From contig OZ024740.1 in NCBI GenBank assembly GCA_964016885.1, forward strand, positions 122,388,001 through 122,452,000: 64,000 bases of DNA, written 5' to 3'. This DNA comes from Eledone cirrhosa. Its lineage: Eukaryota. Made by a program: the position numbers and the translations under genes. Below the pieces are notes generated by a model. It did no database searches and had not been told where the DNA came from. It saw nothing but the letters and a program-made list of their open reading frames with translations. Below are positions 14,067 through 28,091 of the stretch, piece after piece (within the stretch, counting starts at the first letter, position 1; each line of letters begins with the position of its first letter).

Positions 14067-15956
14067 GTGCCCGTGTCTGTGGTATATATTTGGAATTGTA
14101 TCTAAAGTTAAACATCTAACATACTTATAATTATAACCGGATAGAATTGCACTTACTTCTAGCTGTTTGTTTGTTTGTTGTTTTTTTTATTGTTTTTGTA
14201 GTCAGTCGATCAATTTAATTGATTTTGAGAAATTTCATATTGAAGTCATTTGATAATTAGTCACACTAGTGTCAATTTCACGATGGATTCGGGGTGATAG
14301 ATTACCAGAATCGTCAGAACATTGGACTATAAGCATGGTAATATGTGTTGCTGACCTTAGCATTCTGGGTTAAAATACTGTCGAAGTCAATTTTGTTTTT
14401 CACCTCTCTACGGCCGATGAAATAATATACCGGTGAAGAACTAGGTTAATATAAATAACTTCCTATTCCCTCCTGAAAGTCGCTAGTCTTTTGTCTGAAT
14501 TAAACACCAATTACATGAACAATGACAGAAGACAAATCACTATCAAATTACATGACTAATGATTCAGGTGCTCTACCGCCTGATCTAACAAGCATATTAA
14601 AACGTGGTTACCTTGGCGTGATAGCTTGATCTGCTAGAAATAGCGACCAAATATCCCTCATATCTAACCTACTATCTTAAAAGAAAAGGAGACACATTGG
14701 ATAAGCCGCAGTCAAAATACGATGTGTTTGAAAGAGTAATACAGAATTTTACAGTTAGAACTCCTGGTTATAGATCTGCTTAATCGTAGATGACTTACAA
14801 CTAATTAACTACAATGTAGTGCAGAAAAACTCTAAATTAATGATACTTCACAGAGCCATTCTATTATTTCTGTATTTCGGTTAAAGCTCCTTTCACAACA
14901 TTATACGCGAATGTTATGATAATGTTTTTCTTTATTTTCCTCCCTCACAATAGCTTATTTCAGCGCTTTACTGTTATTATTGTTATTATTTGTTTTGTTT
15001 TGTGAAACAGAATATTAAGCAGAATATCACTAGTTTCCATGAATTCTGCTGATGCTCTATATAATATCAAATTTCATCGAATTTTAAAAGGTTCACTATG
15101 AACATGCCACACTAGGTGACGCAATATCCTTTTCAAACAGAAAATTATGATTTAGCATTTCGTTATTCACCTACGACATTCAATAATATGTAGTTTTGCA
15201 ATTATATTAAACTTCTCGGACGATGCTTAATTCTCAATGTCTCCGGTGTTGGTTTCTGCTGCATTTCCCATCCTTCAGTATTTCTTCCGAAATATGAAAA
15301 CTGTTTATTTAACATATATGGTATTCTCACATCGCATTCAGGGACCTCGTGCGCAATATCTAATGGACGCAACAACCTTCATCGTGACGTCGATAATTAC
15401 TTCACGTTTCTCGCCACTATATATCCACCTATACTTGCTATTGTTCCATACATACATCCTAAACAGGAAATACTACGCTTTTCTTAAATTCTATCACCTT
15501 ACGATTTCGCTACTGCCTCAATCAACACACACAAATATAAGCAATAGTTTATATGTATATCGTTTTTTTTTTCCCTTTCTTATTTCCTTATTCTTTAGAG
15601 GAGTTACAATAACCTTTTCTTCGAGATATATTTTGCGTTCATACCAAGATTTTTGGCATTCTTCCGTTCTGTTTAGTTACCTTGTTGCCTCTGAAACTAT
15701 TTTAATATTGCTGCCAACGCACTGTCATCCAATAAAATGTATTGTTTCAGAAGTCCGTGGTGATCTTTCTCTCATTGTAGCAGTGTGAGAAAACATCAGA
15801 ACGGAAAAGAATTAAAACAAAATCACGTGAGAATATTCAAACACACATACACACAGAGATCAATCTTCTACATATATATGCATGTGCGTGTGTGTCTCTC
15901 TCTCTCTCTCTCTCTTTCTGTCTGTGTTTGTGCGTGTACACCGACGGAAACATAAT

Positions 15957-16352
15957 GATTTTTGATTTAGGCACAAGGCCAAACATTTTGAGGGAGGGAA
16001 ATGTGGATTAAATTGACCCCAGTGCGTCACTGATATTTTATATTATCGACCTCCTAAGGAGATGAAAGGTAAAACAAACCTTGACGAGATGTGAACTTAG
16101 AACGTAAGGAAAGGTAACTATATACCACAAAGCATGTTGTCCGATGGTTTCTGATTTAAGTGCAAGGCCAGCAATTAAGGGGAGGGGGATTCGATCAAAT
16201 AGACACCAGTTACTGGTGCTTTATTTCATCGATCTCAAAAGGTTGAAAAGCTCAGTTAACCTCGCAAGATTTGAACTCAGACGTGAAGAGTCGAAACTAT
16301 GTGTCACATAATATGTCCGATGCTCTACCGATTCTGCCAATCCACCGCCTAC
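15957..16352 (-). mobile_element. Two tandem SINE copies (long subfamily)
   Basis: ttaggcacaaggcc...gatgaaagg...tgaact repeated twice. Confidence 0.75.
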
Positions 16353-19300
16353 CACTGATAACATAATGACATTAAGTAATGTCCCTTTCTTTAAAAAAAA
16401 CTTGGTTAGTCAATAAATAGAGATCTATACATGTTATTGACTGAAATAACTGTAAAAGATTAAAAACTCTTCGATTAAAAACTCTTCGAGTTTATGTTTA
16501 ATGTGTATGGCAGCAGTATAATGAATGAGACCAGTAAATGAGTAAAACGAAATTTGAAGTTTTCGATTATTGTGATAAACTGATTAAAGATTCCATTCCA
16601 AAAGAAAACTATCTCTAAAAGCATGAAACTGAAATCTCACTTTTAATTGGTGTAGACAACTGAAAAAGTATTTATCGTTTTCTATTTTAAAGAAAACCGA
16701 AGATACAAATTCCGAATTATACACAAATAATTCAGTAACTGCAACTAGCATTTTTTTTGTTGACTACCATATTGAATGTTATTCATAAATAACTGGAATT
16801 AAACGAATAATGACACCCAGGAGTTTTGCGGCAAACACAGTTATTGATATGTGAAAGAAAACCTTATCGTGCTTGCGAATGAAGCTGAATGTTAAATATA
16901 TTGAAGTGTAAGGGTAAAAGAAAAGAAAAATTAAATAATTTCTCCATTCCGGTACTAGCTTATAGAATATCATTGTTTCTCATTTGAGTATAATTATTAT
17001 TGGCAAGAAACGTTTTCCTTACCCGCCAACAAAGAACGCCTGCTAGGTTCCTAAATATGGCATCATATAAGTAAATCTTCCTCCTGCGGAATATAAGATA
17101 AGTTATAGAGAATAGTGTTTAAATAATGCTAGCTGCTGTTCTTAAAGTATTAATATGAATACAAATTTTCGTGAACATTTATAGAATGTAAACGTTTATG
17201 AAAAACTTGTATGCGTTACCTTTATTGCTTTATGTTATTTTAATTTTCTCCTTCTAAAATGTAAAACAAATTTATTAATAGGATATTAAATTGCGTTATA
17301 AATGTTTATTTCAGACATATGTAATAACTTCATTCTGTATCTATATTTGTTTTTATTTGAAGGTTGACGTGTATCTATATTCACTCAGTGGCGTAGAAGC
17401 TTAACACCAAAGTAAAAAGTAGTGAATCTCTTGGAGGCATTTATTATTTAACTCTCCCAACAGAGCCGTGGATTAGAAGTAAGACTTTAAAATAACGGCC
17501 AGAGTTCATTTCGATTGGATTGTTTCGCTATACTTCTGCTGTTTTTCAATCTCCGAATAACAATGCCCCACCACCATCATCATGACCACAAACGAAGGGG
17601 TCTTTGTGTGATCGATCGAACCAGTTAAAAGAGCTTGCAAACACGTTCAAATAACACATTTCGGAAAGAAAGGACATACTTCACAGTTTCGTTCTGCCTG
17701 CAAAATTCGAGACGGCATGGCTGGAACGCTTTTTATCATGGGTCGAATCCGTCACACTAAACTTTATTAATTCCTCTATCATTTTTTAAATGAGGGCCAG
17801 TAAAACTATAAATGAATAGAATGTATTTTTTTTATTTATTTGGGGATTGCGTGCGCAGATAAACATACATGGACCAAACATTGCTGAGTGAAGTATCGCT
17901 ATTTTTTTTATTTCTTCCAGGCGATTTGAATATTCTAATAAAACTCTTACTCGATACATTTCAGATTATCACCCACTGTCCACTGTTTCAAATCCCATAT
18001 TATCTACTTTGCATTTAATCAGTCAATAAAACGGGTGATAACTGATAAAAATATTACAATTTCATTAACAAAGATATAGCTCAAACTCAGTAAAGAAAAT
18101 ATATGGGAGGTGTGAATTTAGTCACAAATATTTCTCAGTTAAGCATTGCATCCTTGATTCTCATTGTAGCTTTTATAGAATTTGTAATTGATTCGATTAC
18201 ATTAATTTTCTCTCATGTACATCCTACGTTTCATTACTTTAAAAAATGAGTATCATTGTCCCATTTTCATTTATCTATCTCACAATTTCCTTATTCATTT
18301 ATATTTTTCAGCGGCTCATATGACAGTTTCCTGCTGGTATATCTTGCGTTCTCATCGCGTTATTGGCATTATACTGTTTTGTGTAAAGCACATCACACTT
18401 CCTGTCACTTGGTAAACAAATCAGTACGAAAAGAGATAAAGAGTGAAAAAGTGCAACCATCGAGGAGAGTGCCAATCTAACTAAAAAAAGATATTACATG
18501 TTTCAGTCTCAAATTGATTTGACTCGTACAGGAATAAGTATGTAATTTTTGTGAAATCGGAATAGGTCTGCCTTTTTCTACATTTTAATTTACATCGATT
18601 AAATTTAATGCCATACTACAATGTTCTTGTAACTCAGTCACATTTTATTTAGAATATTTGACATCGTTATGTATTGTGTCCTGATTATAAATGTCAAATT
18701 CCTTTGAGAGAATATCCAGTAATAATCAGAATCAATGGGATAGATGTATAATTGCATACTTAATGCAATATCATAATGTACAAGATCTGCAAATTCAAAA
18801 TCTATTTCAGTTGTATACAACATTTATTTACAGTCATATTTGTTTCCCTGTCTTTGTATTAATATCATACTAAAGAAACAAAACACGTTGGTAATGTGCG
18901 CACTTATCAAACAGGATTTGGATGCATCTTGGCGCGAGGATGATGCCAGGCCTTTGAAAATCAGTAGGGAATCCCAGTTTGTCTACGTTATAGTTGCTTT
19001 ATGATACATGCCAATTCGCTGGAATTTGGTATTGCTCAAAGCCAGTTAGTGGTTTATGTGCACATGTGTTATCATATATAATTATTATTGTTTTCATGTT
19101 ATTATAGAAACAGCCTTCCGTGCTAAATACTTCAAGGCTTAATAGCCTCATAAATATGGACATCTACATGAATTGTTGATTCTCTAGCTGGATTCATTTT
19201 ATATTACAAAATTCCCCAATTGCGATTGGTATGGGAATTTTGAATTAATAAATCCGATGTATGTGAAGACATTTAGCACCTTAACTCCCTTACAGATACC

Positions 19301-19476
19301 TCCAATATGTTGAAATACACGTACAAACACAAACACACACACACATATATATATATATATACATACAAACATTATTATTAGTATGTGCGTGTATATATAT
19401 ATATACACGTACATTATTATTAACCTATATATATATATATATAAATATATATATATAAATATATATATATTAATAA

Positions 19477-19645
19477 TTGTTTCTACTTTTGGCACAAGGC
19501 CAGCAATTACCCAGTACATTACTGGTACTTTATTTTATCGACCCCGTAAGGATGAAAGGCAAAGTTAACCTCGGCGGGATTTGAACTCAGACCGTAAAGG
19601 GACGTAACTATGGTGAAAAGCATGGTGTCCGACCCTCTACCAATT
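19477..19645 (-). mobile_element. SINE (young short subfamily)
   Basis: Near-identical to 21438-21605 and 63691-63870. Confidence 0.88.
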
Positions 19646-19653
19646 CACTGTAC

Positions 19654-19818
<165 letters not shown>

Positions 19819-21437
19819 TCTAGCTTGAGGAAAGCTGCAGAGCTTCCGACGCTATAGTTCATTATTTTTATATTCTTCAACTTTACTCTCGCCTTTGTTA
19901 TCCGATTCTATATTCTCCATGTCAATCTCTATATGCTCTATTACACTCATTCCCCCTTTCTTCTCTCTCTCTCCCTCTCTCTATTTCTCCCATCTATCAT
20001 CATATGCTATACATTCCATTTCTTTCGTTCTCCTAACTTTTTCTTTCTCTCTTCTCCGACCACTCTTCCGTTTATTAACAGATTTTGTTTAACCCGACCC
20101 TTTGCTATCATCTTCATAGCAGCAGCGTGTTTTACAGCTATTTCCGTGTTTATGATGGCTACAATTTTACGGTATATTTACGCACGCAACGTTCCAAATC
20201 ATTTTACATTATGTTGTTAACATATAATGAGCCATTTTGGCTTTCTATGATGGGCGGAAACAGAGCTAGGACAAGGTAACTTTAACTTTTTATTTATTTC
20301 TCTCTCGCAACACGTTCCCACTACTTCCACAGCTGCTGTTATTTCCACTATCAACTCGCCTGCTGCTGCTACCTCCACTGCCATCTCCTCTCCTCCTGCT
20401 GCTTTTATCTATCGCGGCCCAGAGCGGACAGATTTCTACTGCTCTATTGTTTTGTTTTCTTTATCTTCACACGTCACAACAACAGAAATTTTGATTCAGT
20501 TGGGCAGGGTAGAATTAAATTCATGATAGTATTTTACCGCTCGAAATCATATAGCTAAAGAGAAACTGAAGAGTTTCCGATACTATAATTAATTTTTTTA
20601 AATGTCTTTACAGCTTTACTTTCTCCACTTTTATTCCATTCATATTTCTCCATTTTAACATATATGTTCTATCACATTCATTTTCTCTCTATCTCCTCCT
20701 CCCCCTCTCTTTTTCCTTCTCTCTCTCCCTTCCTTTTTCTTATATCCTATAGGTTCTATTCCTTTCGTTCACTGTCTCCCTCATAACTTTGCATCTCTCT
20801 TCTCTTCTCTAGTCGCTCTTCCGTTTATTAAAGGATATTGTTTAACTCAACACATTCCTATGATCATCTGAGCAGCTGGCTCTTTTATAGCTATTTCCGC
20901 GCTTGAGATTCCTACAATTTTACGAAATATTTGCATTTCAACGTTTTATATAGCTTCAGAAAAAAGCCCGCATGGCTGGATCTTTAGAATATGAATTCAA
21001 AATAGGGGGTCCGAAGGACAAAAATAGTGGAAACAAAACAACGGTAAGACTGACAGTCCAATCTTCCAACTCAACCCCTGGAAATATCTACGGTTTCACT
21101 GCATTAAAGTTTAATACCATTCACTACAGCACTACAATGCACATTGGGGCATAACGAAACGGGTAGGGATAAAGGCAGGAACGTTTATGCCATTAGTTGA
21201 ATTACACAAATAGATGAAAAATAATCCAAGTGTGCCAACACTGAAAAAGAAGGGAGAAAACACTGCAGGAGGGCTTAACCAAAGGAGAAAATATATAGGA
21301 AGGAAAGAAATGATCATACATGGATGCAGTTCAAAGAGCAGACAAAGAAGAACGACATTGAGACGTAGAAACTATAAGATTGGAGATTAGAGGAAGACTA
21401 ACCAGGTGAAGTGGTGTGTATTGTATAATTCAAATAA

Positions 21438-21605
21438 TTGTTTCTACTTTAGGCACAAGGCCAGCAATTACCCAGTGCATTACTGGTACTTTATTTTATC
21501 GACCCCGTAAGGATGAAAGGCAAAGTCAACCTCGGCGGGATTTGAACTCAGATCGTAAAGGGACGTAAATATGCTGGAAAGCATGGCGTCCGACCCTCTA
21601 CCGAT
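21438..21605 (-). mobile_element. SINE (young short subfamily)
   Basis: Near-identical to 63691-63870. Confidence 0.88.
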
Positions 21606-21751
21606 ATGCCCGCAAAACTAAGTCTTTCGAATATGAATTCAAATAAGGCGGAGGCGTACAGGACGAAGACAATGGAAAAAATGACGAAAATACAGTCTTT
21701 CCGTTTTTTTATTCCATTTTATTTGTCTTGTGCGTCCCCTATTTTGAATAC

Positions 21752-21782
<31 letters not shown>

Positions 21783-22643
21783 TGTGTGTATGTGTATCTG
21801 TGGATTCGTGAGATTATATGTGCGCTATTGTTTGTATGCTCACCGGCATTAGCATAATAACGTAATTGTTCTTTCTTCCGAGATAATCAAAGTATAGTAT
21901 CATCTTTAACTCTAAACGTATGTGACAATAACTAGGAATATTATTCTATTTACACATCCAATATTAAGTAACTAAATAAATAAAATGAAATGTCTGCGTG
22001 TACTGAAATTGTGTAAGTAATCAATTTCTGATTATACAGGGTTTGCCTCATCGTCAATCTTAAATTCATCATGGTCAACTGCAATTTCGTCATCATCAAA
22101 CACATAAATGTCATACTAGTTTTACAAAAACAGGGTAAGATTATATAGACCATTATATATATATACATCTATCTTAAACAAGGCTAAGAATTAACTATAG
22201 AGAAAAGCTTTGTTTAAGATAGAAGCATATTTGTATTTATAAGCTTCTCTGAATTGCGTTCTAAGCAATATTATTCATTGAGAAGTAATGTATATGACTG
22301 ACTAATTTTCTTATATAAATATATAAACTGTTTGAGCTGAAGGACGATTTTAAATTAACTGCTATTTCCAGAAAAGGTTTTTTCTCGTCAACTAGTCACT
22401 TTTGGAAGTATATTTGCCCTTTTCAAAAATTATACGCATGCCTCTTCTACGATCAGAAAATGTTCTGGCAGGGACATACTCTATGTTTTAATTGAGATAG
22501 AATATTTCTGTCACTTTTTTGTGAAAACTGGAGCTAAGAGGTAATAGTTAATTTTGTTCCTGGGAAAATAGCCTTATGGTGTCCTTTATTTTAAGGTACT
22601 CTAATGTGAACTTCCCTGTAGTTAATTTTGAGTCCTTTTTAAG

Positions 22644-22669
22644 ATGTGTGTGTGTGTGAGAGAGAGAGA

Positions 22670-22736
<67 letters not shown>
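22644..22736. repeat. (TG)n(GA)n compound microsatellite
   Basis: Directly visible. Confidence 0.97.
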
Positions 22737-22743
<7 letters not shown>

Positions 22744-23210
22744 AAAAGTAAATTATCGGAGCTGAGAGGTGATTGAAATTCGAAGAGAATTTAAAATGCT
22801 TAACCGCAGAAAAGTACTGTAAACACAGTCGATTGCTATACATAGCTTAAGATGTCGGAAATAACAACCCTATTGAGAGAAAATATGGCCGGCTGCCACT
22901 GCGATAAATCGCACCTTCGATCTCAAATCTTACTGCGTGCTCTGTATCATTAAGCTAAAGAGCTCCTGTAAGATGTGTGCTGGCAGGTTAATTTAGCTCC
23001 ATGGTAAAATGCGTTTTGTTGGTGTTTAAGAAGTGTGAAGTTCGATAATTCGTAGCGGCTGCTGACAACTTTTAACCTCAATAGTATTTCACCCGATATT
23101 CTAAGCTAGTATTTAAGCAATCGATTGTGATTAGAGTAAATATCCTAAGTTTGAGGTTTCTATATTATCTAAGAATATATGTAAACATATGTATATATGG
23201 ACACACAGAC

Positions 23211-23271
<61 letters not shown>

Positions 23272-23273
<2 letters not shown>

Positions 23274-23485
23274 CGAAAGAAATGTGGTAAGGAATCAGGT
23301 GGACCATAACGCACGAAAGTACTCAATACTTAGGGTAGTAGAGTGGGTAATATGAACGAGTAGGACCCCGACGGCTCAGCTCAAGCCGTTTCGACGGCTA
23401 ATTCTGGACTAAAATCATTGATTTTAGTCCAGAATTAGCCGTCGAAACGGCTTGAACACAGCCGTCGGGGTCCTACTCGTTCCTA
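23272..23485 (-). mobile_element. TA-inserted fold-back element, family A copy 1
   Basis: ~80-nt unique tail plus ~67-bp inverted arms with apex at 23418; (TA)n on both sides. Confidence 0.9.
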
Positions 23486-23639
23486 TATATATATATATAT
23501 ATATATGGAAGAAGCAAATTAAAGTTCAATGATACTAAAGATTTGCTGGTGGAAGTTCCGGTATACTCCGCGTGGTATCCAGTTTCGGGGTGAAAATCCA
23601 ATTAGAAAATCCAACGAATTTTGTGAGGTCCACGTCAGC

Positions 23640-23699
<60 letters not shown>

Positions 23700-23707
<8 letters not shown>

Positions 23708-24012
23708 ATCAAAGGTAATCTGAAATAACAACACATTCGGTGCAGTATATAGAAGGGATATATTAGGTTAATGCTAGATATAGCAGGAAGAGGATCTTAA
23801 TGTTTCTTTTTATCTAAAAACATTTTTTTCCAAAGCCAACTCACCCGTCCCCTCAATCTCTCAATCTATCTTATTTCTCATTCTTTCTTCAGATGAAGGA
23901 CTGGCGTCCGAAACGTTAACACCCTCTTCCTGCTATATCAAGCGTTAATGAAATATATCCCTTCCATATACTCTACCTATTGTGTTGTTATTTCTGTTTA
24001 CCTTTTACATAC
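23700..24012. mobile_element. TA-inserted fold-back element with a degenerate hammerhead at the inner end of one arm
   Basis: 23700-23806 is an imperfect reverse complement of 23910-24012. 23890-23918 reads cAGATGA a ggac-tggc-gtcc GAAA cgtt a. Confidence 0.75.
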
Positions 24013-24073
<61 letters not shown>

Positions 24074-24194
24074 GGGGTGTGTGTGTGTGTGGATGTGTGT
24101 GTGTGTGTGTGTGTGTGTGAGAATGTAAAGTATGTATACATAATGTATATATATATATATATGCATATACGTTTTACACAGTGACATATATATA

Positions 24195-25797
24195 TATTAC
24201 TAATGAATGCATGACGAAAAACGTGGTCTACAGGTGCAATGTCACAACCCCTAACTCGGAGCACCACTACATAGGATCCACAGCGACGCGCTTCAAGGAT
24301 CGGTGGTATGACCATCGCTATTCCTTTAACAGAATAGATGAGAGGAAATGTACGGCCCTTTCTGAATTGATCTGGAAGCTCAAACTTGAAAATACCCCAC
24401 ACTCTCTGGCCTGGTCAGTGGTTAGAAAGGTTCCCCCAGACAGAGGCGCGTCTGGTATTTGCAACCTCTGTCTTAGTGAGACACTCGAGATTCTTCATGG
24501 CGGAACCAAGCTATTAAACAGAAGGGTCGACTTATTCGGTGCCTGCAGACACCTAAGGACGGGAGCTTTCCTCAAGCTATATGGATAAACCCCGGTTACG
24601 GCCTCCCACAACGCCCCCCCCCCCTATGTAGGTCGTCCTCTACATCCCGTAACAATGACCAATGGACAACAACAACCACCCATAGTTTGTGGTCCCTATA
24701 GTGGATGGTCCACCGGATACTCTACTGATTAGGAGTCATCTAAACCACGTTTTATTGAACCTCATTTTATATATATATATATATATGTATCATGTGTATA
24801 TATATATATATTTTATATGTGTATATGTGTGTTCTTTATATATATGTATGTATATATATGTATATATTTTATATATATATGTATATGTATGTGTATTTTA
24901 TATACATATATATATATGTATGTTTTATGTGTGTATATATGTTATGTATGTGTGTATTTTATGTATATATATATTTTTTATATTTTTATATGTATATATT
25001 ATATATATATGTATGTTCTGTGTATATATGTATATATTTTATATATATATATGCATGTATGCTTGTGCGTATATACATGCATGCGTGTATATATATGCAC
25101 ACCTGTATGGATTTGTTTGTGTAGATGTGTGAGTGTCTGAGGAGGTAGGTGTGAGTGTATGTACAAGTCAACCAGCATAAACCTTTTATTTCTAATTTTT
25201 TCTAAACTATCTAAGTATTGGACTCTAAGCATTATATTAAATATTACCACCCCACATTTTGTATGTGTGGATGTGTGTGTGTGGAGGTGGGTGTGAGCGT
25301 AGTGCAAGCCAATCTACATAAGTCTTTTTATTTGTAAATGTTCTGCTCCAACCATAAATTTCAGTAGCACCACTCCACATAAATTCCTCAATTTAAGAAT
25401 GACCTGTAGTATCTACTTCATACTATTAACCTTAATTGAATATATATCTGACCAGGAATACCTTTTGTGAGAATCAGTCATATGGAACTACTGTCAACTT
25501 GCCTGACGGTTTGAACTTTACAAAACCACCTGCCTCTTTGAGGTCAAATACCAACCCTACTACCATCTACAAACTGACCAATGAGAATCAAGACTATTCC
25601 TGCTGACAACATTAATTTATTCCTAACAAGCTCATATGTCCCAAGGCTATGATACCATCAACACTATAAACACAGAGCTGGCATATCTAAGAACTGACTA
25701 ACTGTCTGATGTGGTCATAGCCATTCAATGGCTATCCTCGAAATATATATAGCAGTAAATAAAGGATTATGAGTTCATGCAATTGACTTATGTTTCG

Positions 25798-25800
<3 letters not shown>
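24195..25800 (+). mobile_element. Penelope-like element 3' fragment: GIY-YIG endonuclease plus long 3' UTR ending in (TA)n
   Basis: NVVYRCNV...HYIGSTATRFKDRWYDH...TALSELIW.LK...CNLCLSE...LLNRR...CRH (ORF to 24588); hammerhead motif at 25701-25756. Confidence 0.85.
25701..25756 (+). ncRNA. Minimal hammerhead ribozyme motif with one core substitution, in PLE 3' UTR
   Basis: actgt CTGATGt ggtcatagcca-ttcaa-tggctatcctc GAAA tatata TA gcagt. Confidence 0.65.
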
Positions 25801-25861
<61 letters not shown>

Positions 25862-26364
25862 TATATACATACATAATCTTCCAATGAATAGACTTTTGTG
25901 CTAGTATTGTATTAATATATCTTCCAACCAGTGCACCACCAACACCGTCACAACAATCTCATCAATAGTCAGCGTATCCAGGAAATTAATTTGTGATCTC
26001 TAACCAAGTTAGAGACACCAAACGGCCTCATTCTTTCATACATATTAGCCAACATACGGGTACGTTAGCATTTAAACGCATTTACTTACTTAGTGTCAGA
26101 TGGATGGCTTTAAATCCCCGAATCATAATGTAATTATTCAATAATGGGGAGGTAACCCAATTATCAAATGTTACACTTGATCAGCACTATGCAAAGATGG
26201 CGACTAAAGAACTGATGTTCAGCATCATTTTATCGTTTTATATATTGCAATAGGATAATGACAACACATACACACACTCATACTCATACACATACATATG
26301 TGTTTATGCACCTGTACGTATGTATTCATTTATGGACACTCACTCACACATATGTATACAACAT

Positions 26365-26448
<84 letters not shown>

Positions 26449-26572
26449 ATATATGTATATTATGCGTGCGTTCGTGTGTATGCACATACATATCTGTAAA
26501 AATGTCCATAGCGTGAACTTTTTAAGAAGTCGTCTTACATGGTAATTTGTGCAGTAATAATATTAAATCTGC

Positions 26573-26616
<44 letters not shown>

Positions 26617-26869
26617 TTTTTTGTTGTTTTATTTTTATTGCGCGTCGTCACTGCTTTACCGAGCACAGCTCTATGCAGCTGGCCTACGAGCAATGTGGTT
26701 TCTGGTGGCGTTGATTCTATAGAGTAGTCTTCGTAACATGTGTTATGTGCCTAGTAGTGCTGTTATTTATATTTGTCCTGTTTTTCTGTTTGTTTCGTAT
26801 CTGTATGTCTTTTTTGTTTTTTTTTAATGTTACTAGAATGTCATTCTCCTTCGCATCCAGCCTCATTTA

Positions 26870-27650
26870 AGCTCATTCATTCCTCATGTGAGAGATTATT
26901 TATGGTTCCCAGATACACGTTCTGTTTATCAGTACATTCTGTTGAGACCGGTTTTGGGAGTTCGGCAACGTATGATGCACATATCTGAAGAGAGGAAGAC
27001 CTAGACGCGTCCTTCATAGCAGGTGTAGAGGGGAAATTATTATTACGAACTCGGTGGATCTTTTTCCATAATACTTCATTTGCTGACCTGATTTCAGCTT
27101 CACCCCAAAGTCCTCCTATATATTGACTTTGGACGCGTTTACTATCTCTGCTGCGATTTGTTTCACCTGTTATACCGCATGTGCAAGATGGAGGGCTTAT
27201 TTCGAAGCCAAGATTTGTAGGCCTCCTTCTTTACTCGGTTCGCACCTGTGAGCTCTTGACTGAACCAAGGAGTTCTCCTGCCACCCAGTGCTACACCATG
27301 CCACTTTCGCCCTCAGCATTTAACATTTGATGCAGCAAATACGTATTTAAACAATCGCCATCCGTTTCAACGCGATGCTTGATCAGAGAATTCTATGAAT
27401 TTGGACGCAATATTATCCATATACGCGCTCCTGACTTCCTTATCCGCCAACTCCTCCTACTTTATCCTGTAGGTTGACCTGGAGCTGCACGTTATGTGAG
27501 CTGTTTGGCTTTAGTTAGTGTCAAGCTGCAGATAATTAGATGTTGATCTGTTGACATCTCCGCCTCTCTTTTAACACGAACGTTCAGCACAGTATCAAAG
27601 ATATCAGAAACAATAACAAATCAGTTGTTGATCTCTCATCCTGATTACCC
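26870..27650 (-). mobile_element. RTE-clade (Rex3/Expander-like) LINE fragment, APE C-terminus and linker
   Basis: Minus-strand VLNVRVKREAEMSTDQHLIIC...GGRRTPWFSQEL...VKKEAYKSWL...EDFGVKL...LWKKIHRVR, with stop codons. Confidence 0.75.
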
Positions 27651-27789
27651 TTGTAACAGTTATATTTATGAATGTTTGTGCCTGAAGACGGTGTTTACAA
27701 TAAAGTACCTATTACTAGAACAGAAGTGTAAGGTTTCTTCATTCGTATTTATAGCGTGATCGCTATAAATCGTTTCTTCTAATCACTCT

Positions 27790-28091
27790 ATTTCATGTCA
27801 AGTGGTCAGTGCAAACAGCTGCGCTGAAGTCTCCTATTAGATTACATGATTAACTGCTGCAGTAGGTTTATTTAGGATAGATCTTAATTCAGACCCTTTG
27901 TTTGGTGTATAAATGTGCACCCCCGAGAGGACCCTACCTTTCAGCCTAAGCTTCAGGTGGCAAATCCTTCTTCCTAATGGGAACTTGCTGAACACTTTCT
28001 GTTCCACAGGTAGTTTTTCGTTGGCTTTAATGTATTCGTCGAATGAGAAATAAAAATTATTAGGCATGAGTAACATTCTATTAGGAATCAC
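27790..28091 (-). mobile_element. L1/Tx1-like APE endonuclease fragment
   Basis: GRRICHLKLRLKGRVLSGVHIYTPN..SE followed after a frameshift by LIGDFSA (compare GR...NIYAPN...GDFN). Confidence 0.55.

Noticed and set aside
15237-15788. 183-aa hydrophobic ORF
   Set aside because: No recognisable motif; composition is what T-rich non-coding DNA would give.
23272-23485. CRISPR-like or bacterial terminator/REP interpretation of the palindromic repeats
   Set aside because: Copies are dispersed over kilobases with no spacer periodicity, the context is eukaryotic, and there are no cas genes.
27678-27776. ctgaaga-cggt..acc and the hairpin atttatagcg-tgat-cgctataaat as a hammerhead
   Set aside because: No GAAA in the correct position, and no stem I or stem III can be built.
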